Origin: Perkinsus chesapeaki ATCC PRA-425
Lineage: Eukaryota > Protista > Perkinsozoa
Direction: 5' to 3'
NCBI GenBank assembly: GCA_013115145.1
Contig: JAAPAO010000049.1
Location: forward strand, 1-64,000
Length of the DNA stretch: 64,000 bases
The notes beneath the pieces were generated by a model. It saw only the letters and a program-made list of their open reading frames with translations, searched no databases and was not told the DNA's origin. Made by a program: the position numbers and the translations under genes. Of the stretch, positions 29,101 through 39,772 are shown piece after piece. Each line of letters begins with the position of its first letter. Positions within the stretch are counted from its first letter, which is position 1.

Positions 29101-30018
29101 CAACACCGACTCCCTGAATCCCCATGCATCACCGCCTGCCTTGGGGTGAGCCAACAGGGCCAACCGTGTCACTGTCAACAACTGCCAGGGCCACTCAGAC
29201 TATCTCTCAGACCAGCACCTTACCACAGGAACAGTACACGTTCCCTCACGCCGCCGCGCCTTTGCTAGCTCCGACCACGCGTCTGGATAGTCGGGGTACG
29301 TTAAAGCGGCTATGGCTGCGTACTGCTCTCCTTGCTGACTGTTCACCTTGGATGCCAGCAGCTGCCGACGGCAAAACCTTACAAGGTAGAAATGCCCCCC
29401 AGTTTTCAGCAGAATGCTTAATATTCCGATACCATTGAGGTTCTAGTGGCGAAGGAAGCTTCCAGGCAACCACTAAAATTAGCAAGTAGTCCCACAGCTA
29501 GGCCTAATGGAACCTACGAGATCACTCAGGAGGCACCGAAGATAAGCCTAGACCGATTGTGATGGCCAAATATGCTCCCTTCAAAACCGATGATTTAGTG
29601 CTCCTCGTATCAACAAGCATTGTAGCCTTCTTGATAGGGTACATGTCCCCAGCCAATCGTCACCCAAGCCTCTCACCTATGTAAAGGCACTACAGCCTTC
29701 ATTGACAATGCAACATGACCATCACAGCATAACATGCCAATATCAGCCTCATCCACACCACCAATGAGATACTCGTTCACAATAGGTAGTATAACAAACT
29801 GACACCCGCCCCCATAGTCTCCTCTGCCCCAAGGCCTCCCCTACCTCCTCAATACTACCGCCAGCTATCTGCTGCCATATCGTATCCACCATGCCCTGTA
29901 GCCGGTCCTCATCCATACCCACCATAGACAATTCTATACAGTAACCTCACCTCCCAACACTGGACAACACAACCCTTATGGACCTCCGAGACCACCAATA
30001 GTAACATGGGCATCACCA
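26200..30018 (-). CDS. Large unidentified multi-exon gene (or genes), with a possible TPR-like helical segment
   Basis: Series of minus-strand exon ORFs (29749-29931, 28837-29181, 28496-28840, 28188-28427, 27771-28061, 26710-26973). AALTYPDYPDAWSELAKARRREG is TPR-like. Boundaries approximate. Confidence 0.3.
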
Positions 30019-30041
30019 TGGTCGATAACTATGCTTCATTA

Positions 30042-32054
30042 TTAAAATTGAAACATCCTCTGGGCTTGCGCTCCAAAGAAAGCGCCGCTCCTAGGTTGGG
30101 CCGGCCCCCCTCGGCTCCGCGCCCCAATACTGGGCAATACACTATCAGCGCTGGGCAGTATTGCCGGTGAGAACGGCTGCTGCCCCCCCACTGGAGGGGT
30201 GTGCCCGGTCCTCCCGGTAGCTCCAGGCTGGTACCGAGACATTCTCATATACCGCTGACCTCCACTATTTCGAGCTCGCCATCGCGTCTGCGACCCTTGC
30301 TGCGTCGGCGGGTGGGGGTAGGCCCCATGGTAGCCTGAGAACCAGTTGACCAGCCCTTGGGCGGCAGTTCACCTCCTTGGCCCGGAGCAGCATACGGGTA
30401 CCCATGATAAGCTGTTGTAGATTGGCCAGCTGCCGGGGACGAGTCATCTCGATTGTCACCGAAGAAGCCCGTGAAGATAGGAGGCATCGCTGAAGAGGGC
30501 CACCAATGCACTAGCCCTCCAGACAGCCGGCCCCACCTGCTCCACCCCCTGCTCTATGAGCCCCACCTTTCCCGAATGATGGCCGCCTGTGGCTGTCTAT
30601 ATGAGGCAGCTGATGATGGTTATAGTGTCCGCCGCCATGGTACTGTGGCTGTTGCCCGTGATTGGGAGGCAGCCCTATGTTCACTGTGTGGAGCATGCCA
30701 CCAGCACTGCCGGCCTGTGGGGCATGTGGTACCTTCCCGACGGCATCCCGAGCCCCCCCAAAGCTTCCCTCACCACCCGCTCCGTTGGCGGTCTATGATG
30801 GCTCGGTCCCACCGGTAAGACAGTAGAAGGCATCGATGCTATGGCCGTGGCCACTTCCTTCTGCAGCACCGAAGTGTAGTTACCGAAGAAGGGATGCGAC
30901 AGGCATTGACGTGCTGTGTATCTGCAGACCTACATTGTGACATCTCAGCAGCCCAAGGGCCCTCACCGACGCCCAGGGTCCCAGGCCAGTACAGAGAGCA
31001 TGAAGTCTATACCGTCATTCGACGCTGGTGGGACCAACTCTGACAGGTCCACGGCCCCGCACTGTGGGAACCGATACCCTATCTGAGAGGCCAATCGACA
31101 GCCTTCCGGCCACACCTAAGAGCAGCAGCAGCAGCCATCGAGACTGATGCCTGTGGCACTGTGGCCGCCGCCCACTTCAGCCGTAGGTGTGCCGATGACG
31201 GTGCAGATCTTGTAGATCTCATCGCTCTCAGATGAGCCAGGGAACAGCGGCCGCCCTGCCACAGACGTTCCCATCACATGTGACGACGACGCTGAGCCCA
31301 CCCGTGTAAAGCTCAGCCATGATGCCCCCAACCGCCCAGAGGTCCACAGGGGAGTTGTATGAGGGGTTGCGCAACAGGACCTCCGGAGCCCGGTACCTAG
31401 CTCCGCCGCTTCACGGTGATTTCCAGGTCGCCTGCCTACCATCTGGTCGACACATAATCTGTGAACGGCGGACGGGACCGTATCTCTCGAGCCAAGCCAA
31501 AGTCAGCGAGCTTGAGCAGATCCCGAGTGACCTGTGTACCAGCAATAACACTGGTCATCACGGCCACCTCGTTACCAATAGATTCTCCGGTTTAAGATCC
31601 CTATGGAAGTAGCCATGCTTATGCATGTAATCCAAAGCCATTAGGGTTTGGAACATATACAGTCGCACTTTACTCTCTGGAAAGGCATTGTCCTTGTTCT
31701 TTAGCAGCTGGTAAAGGTTCAGTTCCATGAACTCGAAAACCTAAAGTCCCTGGGCCCCGGGCCATACTAGCAGCAGCCAAGCTACCAAGTGGAGCTCATC
31801 GCTCTCTCTAATGACCTCCTTGAGCTTCACTATATGGGCATGCGTTAGCTTTCGGAGGGACCTGACCTCCCTCAAGGCCATGCACTCGTCCCAAGAGAAA
31901 TATCTGTCGACCGATTATCTGATAATGGGTGATATTGCTACTTCTTCTTCATTTTCTTAATAGCCACAAGCTCCCCTGTTTGCCTATTCTGTGCCCTAAG
32001 TACACAGCCATAGGTACCATCTCCTAGCATCTTATGGACTTTATATCTATTCAT
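30042..32054 (-). CDS. MAK: MAK/ICK (RCK family) serine/threonine kinase with a low-complexity C-terminal tail
   Basis: Spliced translation [18 protein letters not shown]...AIKKMKKK|[19 protein letters not shown]...[10 protein letters not shown]|VT...[25 protein letters not shown]|YRAPE...[18 protein letters not shown]; TDY activation loop. Confidence 0.93.
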
Positions 32055-32309
32055 TAATGTACATTATATTAACTACTGCAACAACCGATACATGACTGGT
32101 CGATACCAAAGCTATTTGAGTGGTAGTTACCTCACTTAACGAACACAAGCCCTTACTGATGATAGCAAAAGGAATTTCCCTGCCGGGAAGAGATGACGGT
32201 ACCGGGGTTCGATCCTGCGCAGAGCTAGATCTAAATCGATCAGGTGATCGATAATAGTGTTTGAGTTGAAGAAGCGCGGCCTAACTCAGTGGAGTCTCAG
32301 CCTTAAACC

Positions 32310-32938
32310 ATGCCCCACTCCTTCGGTCTTAGAGCGCGTACCCGCGATAAGTTCTCCAAGGGCTTCAAGGAAAAGGGTCTTCCTAACCTTACCCGTTACT
32401 TGACCTCTTTCAAGCGTGGTGACTATGTGGATATCGTTGCCGATCCCTCCATCCAGAGGGGTATGCCCTACCAGTTCTACCACGGTCGTACTGGTGTTGT
32501 CTTCAACGTCACCCAAAAGGCCGTCGGTGTTGAGGTAATATATTATATCAACTTCACTCGAGTAGTTCCCTTTTCTTGCCGCTTTTAAACGTATCGCTTT
32601 TATTAACCTATTTGTTCAGGTCACCAAGGTCGTTGGAAACCGTCAGCTCCGTAAGCGTCTCCATGTCCGCATTGAGCACGTCCGCAAGTCCCGTTGCAAC
32701 GAGCACTTCCTCAACCGTGTGAAGACTAACGATGCCCTCAAGCATGACGCTAAGGTTAAGGGTGAGAAGGTCATCACTAAGCGTGAGACCCCTGGCATGC
32801 CCAAGCCCGGCAAGATTGTGAAGGTCGGCCGTAGCGGTGAGACTAAGGTAATATCAGCTAACCTGCTTTATCCTCATCATCTCTATTATCTAGGTTCACG
32901 TCTTGGAGGCTCTTCCTTATGTCGAGAACTATTTCTAA
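32310..32938 (+). CDS. RPL21: 60S ribosomal protein L21 (eL21), two introns
   Basis: MPHSFGLRARTRDKF...GDYVDIVADPSIQRGMPYQFYHGRTGVVFNVT|VTKVVGNRQLRKRLHVRIEHVRKSRC...|VHVLEALPYVENYF*. Confidence 0.98.
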
Positions 32939-33371
32939 GCTGCTTGTTGATGAAATGGGCGCGGGTCTCTGGCCGAGGAACTACTGGCTGATACTGTTTT
33001 GTTGAGTTAATATAAATAACTAAATGTTCAATTTGGTGGGGATAGGTCTCAATTGTTCATGAGGACCTTAAACTGCTGGGCATTGGAGCATTAGTTCGAC
33101 CAATAAGCCATTATACTTTCTGTTCAACTTGGCACATCCCTTTTGGATTGGTTATACTAGCACACCTCACTTTAGTGTAACACACACAACTGCATTCGTA
33201 AATGGTAAGAAAGGTACATTTGCTTATAGCAGCAGCATCAACGACAACGACTGCCGAAGTGTTGGTAAGGAACAACAGAATATATAGACGGCGCGTCCGG
33301 ATTGTCGGGACGCAATAAATGTATAATAATCGACGGTAGGACAAGTGTCATGCAGCAGCAAAAGGAGGACG

Positions 33372-34496
33372 CTAGAGGTCCTGTACGGAGATGCTCTCGC
33401 GAGGTAGGGACATAAGGTCCCGGATACCTAAAGAAGTAATCCATTGAACCCTTATAAGGTTGTTACGTGACAGTTCCTCAATAGTGTACTCAGCTAGGCT
33501 ACTAGTCTCCCATGATGCTCCATCGTCGTCATCATCACTTTCAACAGTCGATCGACTGTCATCATCATTTTCCATATCATCATCTTTATCCTTCTTATCC
33601 TCATCCACGTCCATAAGAGGCCCGTCCTCCTCCTCTACAAAGCCTATGTAGCTAGCCTGATGGCCAGACTGGCCGTCGAAATCTTTTATCTGATTTAACC
33701 TAAGATTCCTCACACGAATGCACCCCAGTACTACCTCGAGTGGAAGGTTTTTAATGTACGTGTCGGCCATGGACGCGGTCGAGTCGAAAAATCTGACCCG
33801 CCCTTGTTGGCTAAAACCAACTCTGCGGTTTGCACTGCTTGTCGCCGCCTTTTCCTCGTCTCTACTATCACTTGAATTACCCGGTTTCTGTGCTAATAAC
33901 TCCCTATTGACTTCAGTGTTATAAAAGGCATCCATGAGCTCCCTATTAAGGGAAAGCTCCTCTTGATCCCGAGCACTCCGTCCCAGCTCGAGAGCGGCCA
34001 GCGACCGGTGAACAAAGTCGGGACAATTGTCCACCTCCTCCTCCTCTTTATCGTATTCCAACTCTTCGTCTTCCTCGTCGACATCCTCGTCCATCGCTCC
34101 ATAAAGATCGTCATCGGTGGAATCATCCTCAATATCCGCCCATGAAGAGCACGTGTTCGGTACGTCCTTCGCAGCGGCATCCAAGTTAAGCTCGGCCGCC
34201 CGTGTTTGATTGGATTCTTCGAGGCAATCCTCACAGAGTCTAGTCCCAGTTGAAGGATCGAACTCGGCTACCCCGTCCCGACTACCACATACGTCACAAG
34301 CAACTGCATCATCTTCTTCTTCGTCGTCGTCATCATCGTAGTCCGCGATAAAGGTTTTGGAGGCTAGCGGCTTCGGGGACATTCTTGACACTGGCAGCAG
34401 TGCTGCACGCTTGACTAGAGTTCTATGGACGGCGTAGGGAGACCGAGTAGACGGCTGCGATGGCAGGGGGGAATGCGAAGTAGTGGGGGTTCGCAT
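33372..34496 (-). CDS. Acidic protein with a TFIIB-type Zn ribbon and tandem RVxF motifs
   Basis: Uninterrupted 374-aa ORF; CDVCGSRDGVAEFDPSTGTRLCEDC; several D/E-rich tracts; RRVGFSQQGRVRFFD. Confidence 0.6.
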   Translation of the reverse strand: MRTPTTSHSPLPSQPSTRSPYAVHRTLVKRAALLPVSRMSPKPLASKTFIADYDDDDDEEEDDAVACDVCGSRDGVAEFDPSTGTRLCEDCLEESNQTRAAELNLDAAAKDVPNTCSSWADIEDDSTDDDLYGAMDEDVDEEDEELEYDKEEEEVDNCPDFVHRSLAALELGRSARDQEELSLNRELMDAFYNTEVNRELLAQKPGNSSDSRDEEKAATSSANRRVGFSQQGRVRFFDSTASMADTYIKNLPLEVVLGCIRVRNLRLNQIKDFDGQSGHQASYIGFVEEEDGPLMDVDEDKKDKDDDMENDDDSRSTVESDDDDDGASWETSSLAEYTIEELSRNNLIRVQWITSLGIRDLMSLPRESISVQDL

Positions 34497-34520
34497 TAAA
34501 ACACTGAAGCGATAGTAAGG

Positions 34521-34785
34521 ATACCCTATTATAATACACTACCCTATTATAATACACTATACCCTATTATAATACACTATACCCTATTATAATACACTAT
34601 ACCCTATTATAATACANNNNNNNNNNNNNNNNNNNNNNNNNNNNNNNNNNNNNNNNNNNNNNNNNNNNNNNNNNNNNNNNNNNNNNNNNNNNNNNNNNNN
34701 NNNNNNNNNNNNACACTATACCCTATTATAATACACTATACCCTATTATAATACACTATACCCTATTATAATACACTATACCCTA
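34521..34785. repeat. 20-bp tandem repeat (ATACCCTATTATAATACACT)n spanning an assembly gap
   Basis: Near-perfect units on both sides of the N run (one 18-bp variant). The core TATTATAATA is a perfect palindrome. Followed by a poly-C tract. Confidence 0.95.
34617..34712. other. Assembly gap (96 N)
   Basis: N run inside the tandem array, so the true array length is unknown. Confidence 1.
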
Positions 34786-35057
34786 CCCCCCCCCAACATG
34801 GTGAAGGTCGCTTGAATCCAAGGCTCTCAGGTGCTCTAGCAACCCTAAGAAGATTCATTAGTGTAATCTTAACCCCAGAAGCGTGACATATCCTATCCGT
34901 CTCAGCTCCCCGACCACTCCTTTCCCGCTCAAATTGTGGCGCAACGGGACAGCCCTTCTTCTTCGCTCCGCTCTAGCGCAAGTATTTTACTAGCAGTGCT
35001 ACTACTACCTTTTGAATTAGCTTTTATAATACACCACTTTAAACAACTTTAACAATT

Positions 35058-36152
35058 ATGCCATACAACATGTTAACTTCTGCCATTAACACCTCGGCCT
35101 CCTGGTGCGATGCTCACCTTCCCGTCGAGGCTGCCAGGGAAAAGATACCTTTTCTGGACGCTGGTCTCAGACTGGCTGATACCTACGGCATGCCTGTCGT
35201 CGTTAAGATTGATTCTGCCATCGATGGTGCTCTCGATCAGGGAAATACAATGATATTGGTAAGTCCTGTTTGCCTTTAGTCCTACCAATGTTTTCTTCGT
35301 TCTGCTGTCTGGTACGACTTCCCTCCCTTCAGACCGTCCGTAACAAGACTTCTGATGCTCTTATAGCTGTTAGAGGCTACGGAGACTCCCTTAAGGCCAA
35401 GGAAGAAGATCTCGTTAACAAGGCTGGAGATGTTGTTACTGAAAAGAAGGGGCAGTTTGAAGATGCCAAGCAGGTTGTTGTGGCTAAGGCCAGTAACACC
35501 TACCAGGTATGCCTGGGGAGTCGAGATATATCGACGGTGGAAGCTGTTGTTAGGTGGTATCATCGACTATCCAGAACTTGCCCAAGTCCTTGGATATCGA
35601 TATGCATCTTACCTTCGATAAGGATAATAAGCTTGTCAGTGCCGTACTAGCCCTTCGTGACCGTGTTATGGCCATCACTGCCAAAGGTAAGGAGGAGGGG
35701 GCTGGGCTACTATCACCGTTAGCTTGGGCCGAGCTTTCTGTGCTATTATTACTCCTCGGGAATATGTAGCCATTGTTTGCTTCCGAAAATCCATCCGCTC
35801 CTCGGGTTTCTGTGGACCTTTTCTGCTCTTTTCCAATCGACGTGTTAGACCATTCTCATTTGGGCTTCTTACCTGTTGGACCTTTCAGCGCTTATCGGCC
35901 TTCTCTTGTTCAGGCCTTGATATGACCATTGGTAACGATAGACGTAATGCTCTATTCGAGCGTGGTGCCGCAGTAACTGCTAAGCTCTTTGGTGGTGATA
36001 CATCCTCAGCTGTCCCTACTACCCCTACAGAGCCGGCAGCTGTCATCACCGATAAGGCATCAGAGACCAGCACCGTCGAGCCTGTAAGCGATGTGGCCGC
36101 CGCCCATACTGGCAAAGAAGACTCGGGGGCTGAGGCCACTACCAAGGCATAA
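35058..36152 (+). CDS. Hypothetical multi-exon helical protein (weak perilipin/LEA-like amphipathic character)
   Basis: Exons MPYNMLTSA...KIDSAIDGALDQG|TVRNKTSDALIAVRGYGDSLKAKEEDLVNKAGDVVTEKKGQFEDAKQVVVAKASNTYQ|...SGAEATTKA* joined by GT-AG introns. Confidence 0.5.
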
Positions 36153-36635
36153 GGAATGTCGCCTTCTGTTCGCTGCCGTCACTCTACGATTTATACTAGC
36201 GGTCCTAGCCGTAGCGTTGGCCTCGCCAACGGTGTGATGGTGACCATGTCGACCTTGTCATCGTCGACCATTTTATTCTGGTTAATTATAATGGGTTCGC
36301 TTTGGCTCTAAAATGAGTCTATAGACTTCCGTCCACCGGCATTTACCTTCACCGCCGCCGCTGATGGTCTCCATCTCGCCGCTTGCTCGATTGTCCGACG
36401 TGCGGCTGCAGCGGCCGCTGCTTCCGATGCATATGTATCACTTGTGCATGCGTGCTGATTATTTGTGTGGTACTAAATCTAGTCCTTATTGCATTATTCC
36501 CTTATGGTAGTATTAAGCCTTTCCTATTCTACTTTCCTCTGAGCTGCCCTACCAGCAGCCTTATCAAGATTTTCCAAACTACCTCGGAGACTGTTGTGTT
36601 CGCTGTCTACTTTTCACTGAGATACCTTTCCTAGA

Positions 36636-38607
36636 ATGCTTGTAATAAATCACCTAGTAACCGTCCGATGCCGGGCGGCGGTAGTTGGGCATGCCGTGGT
36701 GGGGGCACAAAGGCGGTGGGTGAGGTCATCTGACTTGTCTCGGCTGCCGGCGGTGAAGGTGGAGGATGCCTTCAATGACTGGAACAAGGACTTCAGCCTA
36801 ACCCCAAAAGAGGCCAAAAGGAGGTACTGAAAGCCAGGGCCATGAAGCTTGGAGAGGGACAGGATGCTAGGTTATAGTAGCTCAGGTATGAGCTAGACGG
36901 TGTTAAGATTAAAGGGAAGTATAAAAGGCAGAAGAGGAAGTTGGTAATGAGACAGGTTGTAAAAGATATGATAGCAGTACATGGCAATAAATACGACTAC
37001 ACTCTGGTGGAGTACTAGCCTTGTCCCTCCTAGTCCTTCAGTGGCCATCCAGTTACCACGGGCTCCTTACGGACGTCACAATACGCTGTCCCGTTCATGG
37101 AAGGTTTAGGATGCCACCCCAGCTGCATATCTGTGAAAGGAGAGGTACTAGGGGTGGCAGAGCGCTGGATTGTCGTAGAAGCACGATGGCAGGGTGCCCA
37201 CTGTGTCAATTCCGGTTGGACAAGAGCCGGTACAGGATGCAGGCCAAGCTCGAGGGGGTTACCTACGATGAGATATTCAACCGTGGGAGGGCTCTGGCTG
37301 ATCCCACATCGCCGTATAATGTTGAGCGAGTTTCAAGGTGGTGCTGCGGCCAGCTCTGCAGCGGCTAGTATCGCCCCTTTAGGGCTGACACCAGGCTGCT
37401 TGAACGCATCATTGAACAAGTGAGGGGGAGGCAATTGTTGGTGCTGGTGGGTGATGGTGAAGAGCCGGACACCGCACGCATACTGGTCAAGATGACCCTA
37501 GAGGCATCACGACTCGGGATGGAGTGAGCCTGCTTTCGTTCTCGCTCACCACCATTGGTGCCCTCAGGCATGTGGTCGGGCTGTCTGTAGAGGACTTGGA
37601 GACCGCTGAGCACATAGCTCGGGCGGTGAGAGCTAGTGTGGTCCAGGCCGGCGTCAATTCGGACAGTGCAGCAAGTGTCCTGCCATACGAAGGAGCTATT
37701 CGGCAGGCGGGGCCCGACGATGCCCTTGTTATCTTTGCCACTGATATTGTAAGCCCCCTTTGTTGGTACCCGAGGCAGTTCGCGTCCTCAGCATGGAGTG
37801 TTGGCCGTGGCCAGCTCCCTCCTGCATAGGCCATGTCTGCCTATTGTGCTGTGTTACCCAGCTAAGATGCAGCTCAAGGAGCGTCTCATGGCCACACCGG
37901 CCACATCAGCCTCACTGGAGTTCAGCGAGGATGACCCGACTGCCTATGGCCGACTGGCGGTGCTCACACAAATGGGCTGGACGGCCGAGTCAGTTGTGGA
38001 GCCTCCAGTCGAGGAGGTTCCTCCCATTGAGGCCGGTGACGACGCAGAGCTGGAGCCCTCGGCCGCGGTGGCGGTGCAGGACAGAGGCGACTCGGGGATA
38101 GTGCCGGTGTGGCTCAGGAATGACACAAAGAAGAAGACAGGCGGCGTTCTGCTCGCGGTAGAACTACGTTGCTTGGCCTTGGTCGAACTTGCTGATCCTC
38201 TGTCAACAGGCCAGAGGATGGCAGAAGCCTGAGGCACCGGAGCCCTTCCATCCGCTATTCGATACAGTAGTGCTGCTTCACCCGCGTGAGTTGTCCACCG
38301 CCCTCGACCACGATGACCTGATGCTCACTGATGCCCTCCTTCGCATGTGCTTCGCAGATGAGCTTACTCGCAGTCGTCCAGTGGCCAAGTATGCCGGAAG
38401 GTAGCGTTGGCCCGCCAGGAGTGACAGCAGGGGATGTGTGTCATCATCAGGCTGTGGCCTTTAGCTGATATGCAAGAGGTCTTTGAAGGCATCGGCAAGG
38501 ACCCCAAGAGCCTACCTGGGGACTTAGCTCCGGATGATTGGGAACGGCTCATTGTTGGGCTCACAGCGTCCGAGAGAAAGCACGAGGAGGAGGAGGAGGG
38601 CGCATGA
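36636..38607 (+). CDS. Predicted mitochondrial protein: presequence + DUF723/CapR-like Zn ribbon + degenerate KsgA/Dim1/mtTFB-like domain
   Basis: Arg-rich presequence-like N-terminus. Spliced VHGNKYDYTLVDYHGLLTDVTIRCPVHGRFRMPPQLHICERRGCPLC. Later LLVLVGDGEEP, FDTVVLLHP and GIGKDPKSLPGDLAPDDWERL. One splice junction (~37330-37370) is uncertain. Confidence 0.5.
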
Positions 38608-38901
38608 CACAGCAGCGTGTTTCTGTTATTGATTGCAATAAGTCGTTTGGTTGCTGCTGATGATGGTGGAATACGGAACCAGCCAGCAGCAGGGTTATTT
38701 AATTTTACCCCACATGTCTCGTCGAGAACGCGGCGACTCTGACGACATAGCTCGTCCGTCGGATAGGAGGGCAAGACCATACGATGATGAAGGCAGGGGT
38801 GACAGCAGCAACCGTCGCAGGTAATACTAGCAGTAGGCTGGCGAGGGGGATGGGCAGCGGCAGCTTGGTGCCTGTCCAGGTCCGACTACCGGAGGCCACT
38901 T

Positions 38902-39629
38902 ATGCAGTCGGGCGGAGGGCCACTGAGAGGAGGACCAAGAGGCCCACCGCCTCAACGTAGGAGAGGCATCGCCATTGACAGGTATGGCTTATTAGTGGTT
39001 ACTAGCGTGAGCCCAGCTGATGACATGCCTCAGGGCCCAGACCTGCCCCTTCCTCCTTCGGGTTTTCTATCGCATGGGCTCGCATCATCACGACGATGAC
39101 TTTGCCCGCCAAGACCAGTTGCCCGTCGACGAGGAGCTGCAGGTCTACACATGGCCCGACGCCTCTCTTAGGGAGATCTCGGGTAGCAACAGACGTCATT
39201 GATATTGATCAACGGTAGAATTGGTTGATCAGATCTCATTGAGGACATCCTGCCCGAGTCCCGTAGCCGGACCAAGAAGCTCAGTTTCAGGCTGATCTAC
39301 CCAGACAGGAGTGGCCGCTTTGTGATGGCCAGAATAGGGGAGGTACTACTCGCTGGCCAGGATCCATTTTCCCACCAATTTCGTGGCGCGCGGTAAATAT
39401 ATTGAGTTAGGTTTACAACAGTCATGAGGCCTTCCCTGATGGCCGCACCCTAGCTGAGGTGAAGTTCCAGCCCGGTGACTTCTTGGACGTGGCGATACTT
39501 GACAATGAGAAGTTGACCGCACCACTACCGGAGAGGCCTACCAGGGGGCCACGGGGGGCCATGCAGAGGAATGGTGACAAGGAGGATGGAGGAGGAGAAG
39601 AAGAGAACAAGGCTGACGAGAAGGAATAG
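38902..39629 (+). CDS. SAP18: Sin3-associated polypeptide SAP18 (ASAP/EJC component), three introns
   Basis: AIDR|AQTCPFLLRVFY...ELQVYTWPDASLREIS|DLIEDILPE...KLSFRLIYPD...|GRTLAEVKFQPGDFLDVAI. Confidence 0.93.
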
Positions 39630-39772
39630 AACGATAAAACGCAATGACATTTCCTTCCTTTTTATCGGTATACGTGAGAGGTCTCATACCGCTCCTTCGT
39701 CTAGTGTTCCACCGCCACCGCCGGCAGTCAACTCCACCATATCACCGTTGCCACAGTTGCCATTTTTAAGCC

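Noticed and set aside
32206-32215. B-box-like GGTTCGATCC between MAK and RPL21 as a tRNA or SINE
   Set aside because: No A box, acceptor stem or cloverleaf can be built around it.
34521-34785. CRISPR array or telomere
   Set aside because: The units are contiguous with no unique spacers and there are no cas genes. The unit is 20 bp and AT-rich, not a short (T)TTAGGG-type repeat, and genes continue on both sides.
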